DNA from: Thermoproteota archaeon
GTDB taxonomy: Archaea; Thermoproteota; EX4484-205; JAAOZP01
Assembly (NCBI GenBank): GCA_049700215.1
Contig: JBNAVT010000001.1
Span: forward strand, 17,744-81,743
DNA: 64,000 nt
Reading direction: 5' to 3'
The notes beneath the pieces were generated by a model. It searched no databases, had not been told where the DNA came from, and saw only the letters and a list, made by a program, of their open reading frames with translations. This document shows positions 36,610 through 45,364 of this stretch, one piece after another. The number at the start of each line of letters is the position of its first letter. Position 1 is the stretch's first letter. The translations under genes and the position numbers were made by a program.

Positions 36610-37101
36610 TTGGGCGACCCGCGTAAGATTAGAAGCAAAATCCTGCATCCGAAGCACCCCTGGGTTAAGGAGCGTCTGGCGGAGGAGCTTGTCCTAGTCG
36701 GGGAGTATGGTTTGAGGAACAAGAGGGAGCTTTGGAGGGCTGCTTCCCTACTTAGGGGTGTGAGGGCTTCAGCCCGCTCCTACCTAAGCCTGACTGGTGA
36801 GGAGAGGGTTAAGAGAGAGTCTGAGCTTATTTCGAGGCTTCACAGGCTCGGCTTAGTGAGCAAGGATGCGAAGCTTGACGATGTTCTCTCCCTGACTGTT
36901 TCAAACATTCTTGAAAGGAGGCTTCAAACAATCGTCTACAGGAAGGGTTTTGCGAAGACTATTCACGGCGCTAGGCAGGCGATAGTACACGGCAAGATCA
37001 TGATAGGCAGCCAGGTTGTAAGATCCCCCGGCTACTTCGTCACCAGGGACGAGGAGCCTCTCATACGGGTTAAGACAGTCGAGGAGACTAAAGCAGCGTA
37101 G
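36610..37101 (+). CDS. rps4: 30S ribosomal protein uS4
   Basis: GDPRKIRSKILHPKHPW start and an S4 domain. Confidence 0.95.
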   Translation: MGDPRKIRSKILHPKHPWVKERLAEELVLVGEYGLRNKRELWRAASLLRGVRASARSYLSLTGEERVKRESELISRLHRLGLVSKDAKLDDVLSLTVSNILERRLQTIVYRKGFAKTIHGARQAIVHGKIMIGSQVVRSPGYFVTRDEEPLIRVKTVEETKAA

Positions 37102-37254
37102 ACTAGTTTCTCAACAGCAGGGCTGAGTTTAAACCCTTATGCGTGCCTGCTAAAGTAGTGAAGCAAACGTGTCTTTTATTCGGGGCTAAGCCTAAACTTA
37201 TCTGTGTACCGCCGTCTCTCAAGCATGCTTACCGTAAACCATAGTCTTAAAAGC

Positions 37255-37650
37255 CTAGAACCTTCTTCCCCTTCTACCGCCTGGCTTCCTAGTTCCATCG
37301 GTTGGAATAGGAGTGACGTCTTCAATAGCTATTATCCTTAGTCCGGCTCTCGTCAACGCTCTTATGGCTGCCTGAGCCCCCTGCCCAGGGGTTCTCGACT
37401 TTATGCCTCCTGGAGCCCTAACCCTGACCTTTATGCTTGTTATCCCCAGCTTTTTCAAGGCTCCAGCCACAGTGTTTGCAGCCACCATCGCGCCGTACGG
37501 GCTGCCGCCAAGCCTGTCAGCCTTAACATGCTGGCCTGCCGCGGATATTGCTAGGGTTGAGGAGCCGCTTGGGTCAGTAGCGTGAACTATAGTATTGTTG
37601 CCGGACGAGTATATTCGTACGACTGCGTATTTCTCTTGCTCAGTGCTCAC
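37255..37650 (-). CDS. rps11: 30S ribosomal protein uS11 (inverted relative to its operon)
   Basis: SPYGAMVAA...[18 protein letters not shown]...[24 protein letters not shown] at 37650 chosen. Confidence 0.95.
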   Translation of the reverse strand: MSTEQEKYAVVRIYSSGNNTIVHATDPSGSSTLAISAAGQHVKADRLGGSPYGAMVAANTVAGALKKLGITSIKVRVRAPGGIKSRTPGQGAQAAIRALTRAGLRIIAIEDVTPIPTDGTRKPGGRRGRRF

Positions 37651-37771
37651 GCAGCCATCCTGCGTAAGGAGGTTAATAAGCGTTCTCAAGACGGCTTCGG
37701 AGCCGGGTAGGGCCCATGACTGTGGAAACGCTAACCCTTAAATACCTTCCCGGGAAAATAGCACGTTAATA

Positions 37772-38458
37772 TTGGATGTAAAGATACTTAGGCTGAGCGA
37801 CGACTATCTGGAGGCTAGGCTGGAAGGCTGTTCAGAGGCGCTTGTAAACGCGATTAGAAGGGCTATTCTCGAAGAGGTTCCGACGCTGGCGATACACGAG
37901 GTCTTCATCTTCGAAAACTCCAGCCCGATGTTCGACGAGGTTCTTTCAAACAGGCTTGGCCTAATACCTTTGAGAACCCCGCCTGGGAAATACCTGCCGA
38001 TGGATTCTCAAGAATGTCTGCAGGGCTCCAGCGAGAGGTGCTTCACCTCGCTGAGCATAGATGTTTCCGCCGGCGACTCCCCGTTGACGGTTTACTCTAA
38101 GCATCTCGTCTGTAGGGATGAGGAGGTCTACCCTGTCTACGGCAATATTCCTATAACCAAGCTTCCCCCTGGTGGAAAGCTTAGGCTTGAGGCAATAGCC
38201 AGGCTTGGAAGGGGTAAGATGCATGCTAAATGGCAGCCTGCCTCCCTAGCAACGTACAGCTTCACGGATTCCCCGGATACGTTTGTTTTCAGGCTTGAAT
38301 CAACGGGTTCTCTGCCCGCAATAGAGGTCTTCAGGCAGGCTCTGGGTATCCTGAGAGATAAGTTTAAAACGCTTCTGGATTCTCTCATGCTTCCTGAGGT
38401 TGAAGAGAAGCGTGGCGGCGAGGAGGGTGTTGCTTTCGGTGAGGAAGGCGGCAGGTGA
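37772..38458 (+). CDS. rpoD: DNA-directed RNA polymerase subunit D (Rpo3)
   Basis: ALVNAIRRAILEEVPTLAIHEV...SNRLGLIPL. Confidence 0.9.
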   Translation: MDVKILRLSDDYLEARLEGCSEALVNAIRRAILEEVPTLAIHEVFIFENSSPMFDEVLSNRLGLIPLRTPPGKYLPMDSQECLQGSSERCFTSLSIDVSAGDSPLTVYSKHLVCRDEEVYPVYGNIPITKLPPGGKLRLEAIARLGRGKMHAKWQPASLATYSFTDSPDTFVFRLESTGSLPAIEVFRQALGILRDKFKTLLDSLMLPEVEEKRGGEEGVAFGEEGGR

Positions 38459-38744
38459 CTCCAGGTTCTGGAGGAGTGTTGAGAGGCTTTTATCCAGACC
38501 AGGGAGCAGGATGGCTGAGGTTAACGTGGGTAAGATTGCGCGTTTAACCCAGCGGGGCGACCGTGTAGTAGTGCCTGGAAAAGTCTTGGGGAAGGGGGAG
38601 ATTAACCATAGCGTCACGGTTGCCGCCCTGTTCTTCTCCTCAGCCGCGCTCGATAAGCTTAGGTCAGCCGGATGCACGGTTATGCGGCTTGACGAGTTTG
38701 CCAAGGTTGAGCAGAAGGGCTCAGGGGTGAAACTAATTGTCTGA
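38400..38744 (+). CDS. rpl18e: 50S ribosomal protein eL18
   Basis: AEVNVGKIARL...VVVPGKVLGKG. Start uncertain and overlaps the rpoD end. Confidence 0.85.
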   Translation: MKRSVAARRVLLSVRKAAGDSRFWRSVERLLSRPGSRMAEVNVGKIARLTQRGDRVVVPGKVLGKGEINHSVTVAALFFSSAALDKLRSAGCTVMRLDEFAKVEQKGSGVKLIV

Positions 38745-39177
38745 GAAAATCCTTGTTGTGGATGCTACTGACCAGGTTCTAGGAAGGATGTGCTCAATCA
38801 TAGCTAAGAGGCTCCTGGAGGGATACAGGGTTTACGTGGTTAACGCTGAGAAGACAAGGATCTCTGGGGGGAGAGACAGCTTCATCAGGGAGTACGAGGC
38901 CTTCCTGGGGGTGAAGAGCGTTAGGAACCCTAAGCATACGCCGAGGCATCCGAGGAGCCCGGTGACATACGTTAGGAGCGTTGTTAAAAGCATGCTTCCA
39001 ATGGATAAGCCGAAGGGGATGGAGGCGTTTAGAAGGCTCAGGGTCTACTGCGGCTGGCCGAGCAGCGTTAAGGGTGGGGCTGTGAGGTTTAAGGATGCTG
39101 ACGCATCCAGGCTTGGGAGAAGATCGTTCACTCTTTCAGACTTGAAGGGCTTTTTCAACATTCCGGAGGCTGATTAG
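38737..39177 (+). CDS. rpl13: 50S ribosomal protein uL13
   Basis: VVDATDQVLGRMCSIIAKRLLEG. Confidence 0.95.
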   Translation: MSEKILVVDATDQVLGRMCSIIAKRLLEGYRVYVVNAEKTRISGGRDSFIREYEAFLGVKSVRNPKHTPRHPRSPVTYVRSVVKSMLPMDKPKGMEAFRRLRVYCGWPSSVKGGAVRFKDADASRLGRRSFTLSDLKGFFNIPEAD

Positions 39178-39179
39178 GT

Positions 39180-39593
39180 TTGCCGACTCCTAGGAAACTG
39201 CCTTTGGTTGTAACGGGTTCCGTCAAGAGCTCGGTTGCTAGGGCTGTTGTTAAGCAGGGTTCCGGGCGCGTCACGATAAACGGCTACCCTGCTGAAAACT
39301 GGCTTTACGACCCGTACAGGATGCTCGCCTTAACGCCTTTGAAGCTTCTCCCTGAGCAGTTTAAGGATGTTGACGTCGAGGTTAAGGTTGAAGGCGGGGG
39401 TCATGCTTCGCAGGCTAGGGCGGTTATGCAGGCTTTAGCCAGGGGTATTACTCAATGGACGAGGAGCACGAGCGTTAGAAACGTTTTCAGAGTGTTCGAC
39501 AGACATCTTCTCTCAGGAGACCCGCGGAGGAAGGAGCCTAAGAAGTTTGGAGGACCCGGTGCTAGAAGGAGGTTCCAGAAGTCCTACAGGTAG
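39180..39593 (+). CDS. rps9: 30S ribosomal protein uS9
   Basis: GGGHASQARAV...FGGPGARRRFQKSYR. Confidence 0.95.
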   Translation: MPTPRKLPLVVTGSVKSSVARAVVKQGSGRVTINGYPAENWLYDPYRMLALTPLKLLPEQFKDVDVEVKVEGGGHASQARAVMQALARGITQWTRSTSVRNVFRVFDRHLLSGDPRRKEPKKFGGPGARRRFQKSYR

Positions 39594-39604
39594 GTGATTA
39601 TGGC

Positions 39605-39829
39605 TTGATGTTCCCAGTTAGGTGTTTCACGTGTGGCAAAGTAATAGGCCACTTGTGGGAGGATTACCAGAGGAGGGTTGCTTCAGGCGAGGATCCGAAG
39701 CAGGTGCTTGACTCTCTCAGCGTCACAAGAATCTGCTGTAGGCGAATGTTTATTTCCCATGTCGATTATATTGACGAGCTGCTCTCATACTCTAGGGGAC
39801 TATCTCTGGGGGAGGACTACAGGCAATGA
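39605..39829 (+). CDS. rpoN: RNA polymerase subunit N (Rpo10)
   Basis: MMFPVRCFTCGKVIG...CCRRM. Confidence 0.95.
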   Translation: MMFPVRCFTCGKVIGHLWEDYQRRVASGEDPKQVLDSLSVTRICCRRMFISHVDYIDELLSYSRGLSLGEDYRQ

Positions 39830-40464
39830 GCACCGGTGAGAAAAGCGGGGAAGGACTGCTGATCCTTAGGACGGAGTATATTGCTGCAGGCGTCCACATA
39901 GGGACCAAGGTCTGCACCGTATGCATGAGGCGCTTCGTCAGGTTCACTAGGCCTGACGGGCTGAACCTGATTGAGATCGCTCAGACCGATGAGAAGATCA
40001 GGGTTGCCGCCAAGGGGCTTTCAAGGTATGAGCCTGGTGACGTGATAGTTGTTTCAGGCAAGGAGTATGGGCGGATGCCTGTGCTTAAAATGTGCGAGTA
40101 CACTGGCTTCAAGCCTATTGTCGAAAGGTTTCCCCCCGGGATCTTCTCAAACCCGAAGTATGAGGGCTATATTTCCCCGAAGATAATTCTTGTTTCAGAC
40201 CCTAAGGTTGACGAGAAGGCTATTCGCGAAGCCACGCTCATCGGAATACCGGTTATAGGCATATGTGACACGGACGACTCCTGCTCCTACATAGACCTAA
40301 TAATACCTGCAAACAATAAGGGGCGCAGCTCCCTAGCCCTCGTATTCTGGCTTCTAACCAGGGAGGTTCTTAGAAACAGGGGTGTCCTCTCTCCGACTGA
40401 AAGCATGAGCGAGAACTTCCATGCTTTCGAAACCCAGATCGAGGAGGCTGCGGAGACAGTCTAG
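39826..40464 (+). CDS. rps2: 30S ribosomal protein uS2
   Basis: Position after rpoN. YIAAGVHIGT...LVSDPKVDEKAIREA. Confidence 0.9.
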   Translation: MSTGEKSGEGLLILRTEYIAAGVHIGTKVCTVCMRRFVRFTRPDGLNLIEIAQTDEKIRVAAKGLSRYEPGDVIVVSGKEYGRMPVLKMCEYTGFKPIVERFPPGIFSNPKYEGYISPKIILVSDPKVDEKAIREATLIGIPVIGICDTDDSCSYIDLIIPANNKGRSSLALVFWLLTREVLRNRGVLSPTESMSENFHAFETQIEEAAETV

Positions 40465-40465
40465 C

Positions 40466-41311
40466 ATGGCTAGGGTTAGAAGGCCAGCGTACGCCGGAAG
40501 CTGGTACGAGGGCACTAGGGAGCGTCTTCTCGAGCAGCTTCAGAGCTTCTTCAAGGGTAGGCTCGGCTACGGGAGTCTTCCGGTTTTAGGCGAGTATGAC
40601 TCTAGGCTGCTCGGGCTGATGGTTCCGCACGCCGGCTACGTGTACTCGGGCATGGCTGCCACATGGGCCTACGGGGAGGCTGCTAAACATGGCCCGAGGG
40701 AAACCGTGGTAGTGATGGGGCCGGACCACCATATGGCTTCAACGGGCTTCGCCACCATGAGCGAGGGCGTGTGGCGTACTCCGCTGGGGGATGTTGGGGT
40801 CGACAGGCAGACGGTGAGCCTGCTGCTCAGCTCAGCGCCCTTCGTCGAGGATAATTTTCACGCGCACGCTTTCGAGCACTCTGTTGAAATACAGCTACCG
40901 TTCCTCCAGCTCGTCTACGGAGGCTCCTTCAAGCTCGTCCCAATAATAATACATGATTTCAACCTTGACAGGAACATTAGGCTTGGGAAGGCTTTGTCTA
41001 AGGCTCTTGAAGGAAAGAAGGCTATTGTTATCGCTAGCTCAGACATGAGCCATTATGTTCCCGCGGGGGAAGCGGGGGAGAACGATATGAAGACGGTTAG
41101 GGCGATAGAGTCGCTGGATGAAAGGCTGATTCACTCCGTCGCCACCAACTATGAGTCGCTATGCGGCCTAGGGCCAGTTATAGCCCTAGTATCCTATGCG
41201 AAAGAAACCGGGTGCTCAAAAGCAAGCTTGCTAAAATATTATACTTCCGGTGAAATCACGGCTGACTATCAGGGTGTAGTAGGATACGCTTCAATAGCCT
41301 TCTACAAGTGA
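40466..41311 (+). CDS. MEMO1-family protein
   Basis: RRPAYAGSWY...VPHAGYVYSG...SSDMSHY. Confidence 0.8.
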   Translation: MARVRRPAYAGSWYEGTRERLLEQLQSFFKGRLGYGSLPVLGEYDSRLLGLMVPHAGYVYSGMAATWAYGEAAKHGPRETVVVMGPDHHMASTGFATMSEGVWRTPLGDVGVDRQTVSLLLSSAPFVEDNFHAHAFEHSVEIQLPFLQLVYGGSFKLVPIIIHDFNLDRNIRLGKALSKALEGKKAIVIASSDMSHYVPAGEAGENDMKTVRAIESLDERLIHSVATNYESLCGLGPVIALVSYAKETGCSKASLLKYYTSGEITADYQGVVGYASIAFYK

Positions 41312-41317
41312 CGGGGT

Positions 41318-42274
41318 TTGAAAGTAGTTTGCAGGGCTCCTGCAAAAGTAATAATTTCCGGCGAGCACTCCGTAGTATACGGACACCCCGCTCTAGTGGT
41401 TGCGGTTAACGTTTACTCGAAGGTTTCTGTTGAAGCTTTCGACGAAATCGGTGCCCATGAGATTTTCTCCGATAAGTATGGGGTTGCGAAGATGATAGGG
41501 AGGGCCTTCTCCGGACCCAGCCAGCTGAAGCCTTTTGCGAGAATCATAGATGTTTTCAAGGATTCTGAAGGGTTCAAAGGCAGGCTCAGGGTTCGCATAA
41601 GCTCCGAGATTCCCCCCGCCTCCGGAATGGGTTCTTCAGCATCATTATCCGTCGCGCTGGCTAACGCCCTGCTTAAACTGGTTTACGATAAGCCTAGTGA
41701 CGAGAAAGTGTTCAGCCTCGCCATGGAGGGGGAGAGGGTTGCCCACGTTAACCCGAGCGGCGTGGATGTGGCTGTAGCCCTCTGGGGCGGCCTAATCCTG
41801 TTCGTTAAAGATAAAGGGGTTGAACGGCTTGAGGCTGGGCAGGGAGTATTCCTGCTAGCAGACTCAGGCTTGGAGAGGAGTACGAAAGAAATGGTTCTTA
41901 AAGTAGCATCCCTAAAGGAGAGGGAGCCGAATCTCTTCAACATGATAATGACATCCGTAAGCGATGTCACGATCAAGATAAGCCGCCTCTTGAAGACCGA
42001 TATTGTTGAAGCAGGCAGGCTCATGACGCTTAACCATCTCCTCCTATCCCTAATGGGCGTTTCAAACAGTAGGCTGGACTCCCTGGTGTGGACAAGCATA
42101 TCGGCAGGCGCCTATGGCGCTAAGCTTACTGGCGGAGGAGGCGGGGGCTGTGTCCTGACGCTGGTTGACGAGAAATCCTTGAACCCTGTTGAGGAAGCAT
42201 TACGCAATTCGAACGCTCCCACAATGCTTCTTAAAATGGTTGAGAAAGGAGTTTACACGGAGGAATTAGACTAG
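41318..42274 (+). CDS. mvk: mevalonate kinase
   Basis: GHMP kinase motifs KVIISGEHSVVYGHPAL and PPASGMGSSAS. Confidence 0.9.
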   Translation: MKVVCRAPAKVIISGEHSVVYGHPALVVAVNVYSKVSVEAFDEIGAHEIFSDKYGVAKMIGRAFSGPSQLKPFARIIDVFKDSEGFKGRLRVRISSEIPPASGMGSSASLSVALANALLKLVYDKPSDEKVFSLAMEGERVAHVNPSGVDVAVALWGGLILFVKDKGVERLEAGQGVFLLADSGLERSTKEMVLKVASLKEREPNLFNMIMTSVSDVTIKISRLLKTDIVEAGRLMTLNHLLLSLMGVSNSRLDSLVWTSISAGAYGAKLTGGGGGGCVLTLVDEKSLNPVEEALRNSNAPTMLLKMVEKGVYTEELD

Positions 42275-42449
42275 AAGCCTTTTCGAACCCTTGCAGAATC
42301 CCTTTAACACATCACCCGCCGTGTCTGGCAGATTCAGATTCTACCTTGTTAAAGGCAAAAAGTCTTGGAGTAACCTAGCCATGCGGAATAATCAGTTTTA
42401 TACGGATTTTTCTAAGCATACGCCGTGTAGATATTCGCATAAGACTCGC

Positions 42450-43102
42450 TTATGAAGGTGGAGGAGGCGGAGGAAACGGAGGAGGCTTAGGCTTTCTCCA
42501 GAGCTTCAGCGCAATGAGAATCACTATGAGGAGGACCACTATCGCTATAGCGCCTAAAATCAGGAATACTTGCGTGTAATTCTCGTCGTAGATTGCAATG
42601 AGCGTTAAGCTCGTCTGCTCACCCATCATCTGGATAACGACCTCACCATCTCTAGATTCGACTACACTCGTCCAACGGTTAAACCGGTACTTGCCCCCGA
42701 GCATTCCGAAGAAGCCTTTCATCGGCTCCTCCGCAGGGGCCTTCGCCCTAACCACGTCACCCTCCTCATAGGCTCCTGAACCCTCGATCATCAACCCCAC
42801 GTTGGAACCCACGGTCAGAGTGTATGTCTTAATCTGCTCCGGTTCAACAATCTGCACGTGTATGATTTTCACAGCCGTGTTAACACCATCAGTAGACTTA
42901 ACCTGTATCTCGTAACTGCCCTCCGGAAAGTCGCTTCTCCCAAGCTTTATTCTTTCACTGCCCAATGATATTCTGTCCTCAGTTATCCTGCTTGCTTCCT
43001 CCTTATCAGAACAGTATACCAGAGCGTATCGCCGTCAGCGTCAGTCCCCCTCCAGGCCAGGGTGTAGTTGCGGCCGATCCCGAGCTTCTTACTCTTCTTC
43101 TT
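42450..43102 (-). pseudogene. surface-anchored protein, C-terminal portion (Ig/cadherin-like domain, TM, poly-Pro tail), frameshifted
   Basis: ORF 42450..42965 ends in the TM VFLILGAIAIVVLLIVILIAL plus KPKPPPFPPPPPPS. An upstream fragment in another frame reads LGIGRNYTLAWRGTDADGDTLWYTVL and continues the same domain. Confidence 0.45.
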
Positions 43103-43113
43103 TTAGAAGAAGA
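43093..43113. other. perfect 9-bp hairpin tcttcttct-ttt-agaagaaga
   Basis: Lies directly beside repeat copy B and overlaps the last codons of the 43089..44021 ORF. Confidence 0.4.
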
Positions 43114-43120
43114 AAATAAA

Positions 43121-43241
43121 GATTAGATCTCCCCCCGAGCTTGAAGCCGAAGAGAAGTGGGGTTATTGCTTCGAGGTACATTTTAAGTTTAAGGGTGAAG
43201 GGCATGTTATTGAAATTTATACTTTTCACAACTTTCTTAAC
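43121..43241 (-). repeat. 120-bp dispersed repeat, copy B (inverted relative to copy A)
   Basis: Its reverse complement matches 10427..10546 except for ggg/gg and an extra ag. Confidence 0.9.
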
Positions 43242-44269
43242 GCCAGACTGCGATCTGCCCCTTATTGTTACCAGGTGGTATCTTCTAGCACCTCCTGGTC
43301 CAGCAAGCTCCATCCAGCTGCCCGTTTTACTAACGTAGAAGCTCATTGTGAGAGTAGCCTCTCCGTCGAGAAACAGGTTCTCCAAGACTAGGCTCTCAGG
43401 GGCTTCGATGTAATTGCCTGAGACCTGCATTACGACGCCCCTGGGGAGTCCTTCCTGCTCCAGCCTTATCATCTCGCTGTCACCACTCAGCTTCCTTAGC
43501 CTTATGGTGTAGTTCTCCTTTTCAATAAGGCCCTGGTCGAAGGCTAATGGTGTCAGGTCGAACTCCACAACGTTCGTGACGCCTACATCAACATCTATAT
43601 GGTAATTTATCCTTTCGACGGGGGGAAGTGTTTCAGAAGGTTGGATCGTTATCATATACCTTTTTGAACAGTATGTGGTTCCATCCGGAATGGTTTCCCT
43701 AGCGTCAACAGTGAAGTAGAAGTCCCCTGCTTCACGGGGGAAGCCTGACAACGTGAGAGTCCTTGACTCCACGCCTAGCGATGGGGAGGCTCCAAGCCCT
43801 GCTGGGGGAGAGCCGTCTTTTATTCTCCAAATCATGTTGTTTGGATAGGAGGACCCTGTGGTTGAGAATACTGCTGAGTAATACTCGCCCACCCTGCCAT
43901 CCGGCAACTTGAGATAAAGCTGGCCTTCATGAGTCACCGTGTCGATGGGCGACGGGTTTGAGATTATATCCATGTTGCTGCACTGCGCGTACGCTGCTAA
44001 CAACGTGAAAGATGCTGGCAATTAGGTAGGCTAGAAATAGCGAAATCCTCATCTTCAACACGCTTCGCCATTCTCGTACTCTAAAAGCTATATTTAAGCA
44101 TTCATTTGCTCTGAAAGGAGTGGGACTGTTTGGGCGACTAGGCTCCGTTTTTTATCAGGTTGCGTACGCTTGCTGAAGACGAATGGTGTGAGAAAAGCAT
44201 CATGCCCCTGTTCACGTCTTGCCGGAGGCTTGGCAACAGAGTTAAAAACTCTCTGAGAGTCTTCAAACC

Positions 44270-45364
44270 GTGGAAACAGAGAGCAGGAAGGCTGAGCACA
44301 TCCGAATAGTCCTTGAGAAGGATGTTTCCTCCAGGGTTTCCGCGGGCTTCGAGGATGTCGAGCTTATTCACAATGCTGTTTGCGAGATTGATTTGAGCGA
44401 GATAGATACTAGTGTCACAGTCATGGGTAAGAGGCTTAGGCTGCCGCTCATAATAGAGGCTTTAACGGGTGGAACAAGGGAGGCTAAAAGGATAAACACG
44501 GGTCTGGCTGAGGTTGCTGAAACCGAGGGGATTGGGATCGGTGTTGGAAGCGTCAGGGCTGCGATGGAGGATCCTAGCCTGGCTGACACTTACTCGGTGG
44601 TCAGGGAAAGGGCTTCGAGGACACTGGTGATTTCGAACATAGGGGCTGCCCAGGTTGCTAAGCACGGTTCAGAGTATGCTTTGAAAACAATGGAGGTTGT
44701 TGGAGCCGACGCTTTAGCCATACATTTCAACAAGCTTCAGGAGCTGGCTATGCCTGAGGGAGAAACATGTTTCAAAGGATATGGGCCGCATATAATTGAG
44801 CTTTCCAGGAAGCTCGGCGAAAAGCTGTGTTTGAAGGAGACTGGCGCAGGCTTCAGCTGCGAGGCTGCAAGGCTCGCAGAATCCTGGGGTGTTGAATGGG
44901 TTGACGTCGCTGGTGTCGGTGGGACAAGCTGGTACGCTGTGGAGTATTACCGTTCAAAGGGTAGCGGGAGTAAGGCTTCTCTGCTGGGTAAGTCTCTCTG
45001 GGACTGGGGTGTCCCGACGGCTGTCAGCATCGTTGAATCAAAGATGTGTGCAAAGAGCCTTAGGGTGATCGCGAGCGGGGGCGTCAGGACTGGTGTTGAC
45101 GCTGCTAAGGCTATGGCGCTTGGAGCCAGCTGCGTGGGCATGGCTAGGCCTTTCCTAGTCTCCTTCTCGAAGGGTGGTGTAGAGGAGGCTAGAAGGCTGG
45201 TTAAATCGTTCGAGCTCGCCTTAAGATTCACAATGCTCCTCGTCGGCGCCAGGAGTGTTGAGGAGCTCGGCTTAGTGCCGCTGGTGGTAACGGGTAGGAC
45301 GGCTGAATGGCTTGAGCAGAGAGGGCTTTTGAAAAAGCTTCTAAGCGGGAGGGGGAGCATATGA
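44270..45364 (+). CDS. fni: isopentenyl-diphosphate delta-isomerase, type 2 (FMN-dependent)
   Basis: RKAEHIRI...FEDVELIHNAV...GVGGTSW. Confidence 0.9.
   Translation: METESRKAEHIRIVLEKDVSSRVSAGFEDVELIHNAVCEIDLSEIDTSVTVMGKRLRLPLIIEALTGGTREAKRINTGLAEVAETEGIGIGVGSVRAAMEDPSLADTYSVVRERASRTLVISNIGAAQVAKHGSEYALKTMEVVGADALAIHFNKLQELAMPEGETCFKGYGPHIIELSRKLGEKLCLKETGAGFSCEAARLAESWGVEWVDVAGVGGTSWYAVEYYRSKGSGSKASLLGKSLWDWGVPTAVSIVESKMCAKSLRVIASGGVRTGVDAAKAMALGASCVGMARPFLVSFSKGGVEEARRLVKSFELALRFTMLLVGARSVEELGLVPLVVTGRTAEWLEQRGLLKKLLSGRGSI

Larger units (their letters stand above)
43089..44052 (-). pseudogene. secreted Ig-like (He_PIG/cadherin-like) repeat protein; signal peptide out of frame and C-terminus runs into the repeat
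   Basis: LPDGRVGEYYSAVFSTTGSS...GSPPAGLGASPS...LTLSGFPREAGDFYFTVDA is a typical He_PIG-type Ig repeat. An ATG at 44052 encodes MRISLFLAYLIASIF..., a signal peptide one frame off from the main ORF (TTG 44021). Confidence 0.45.
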
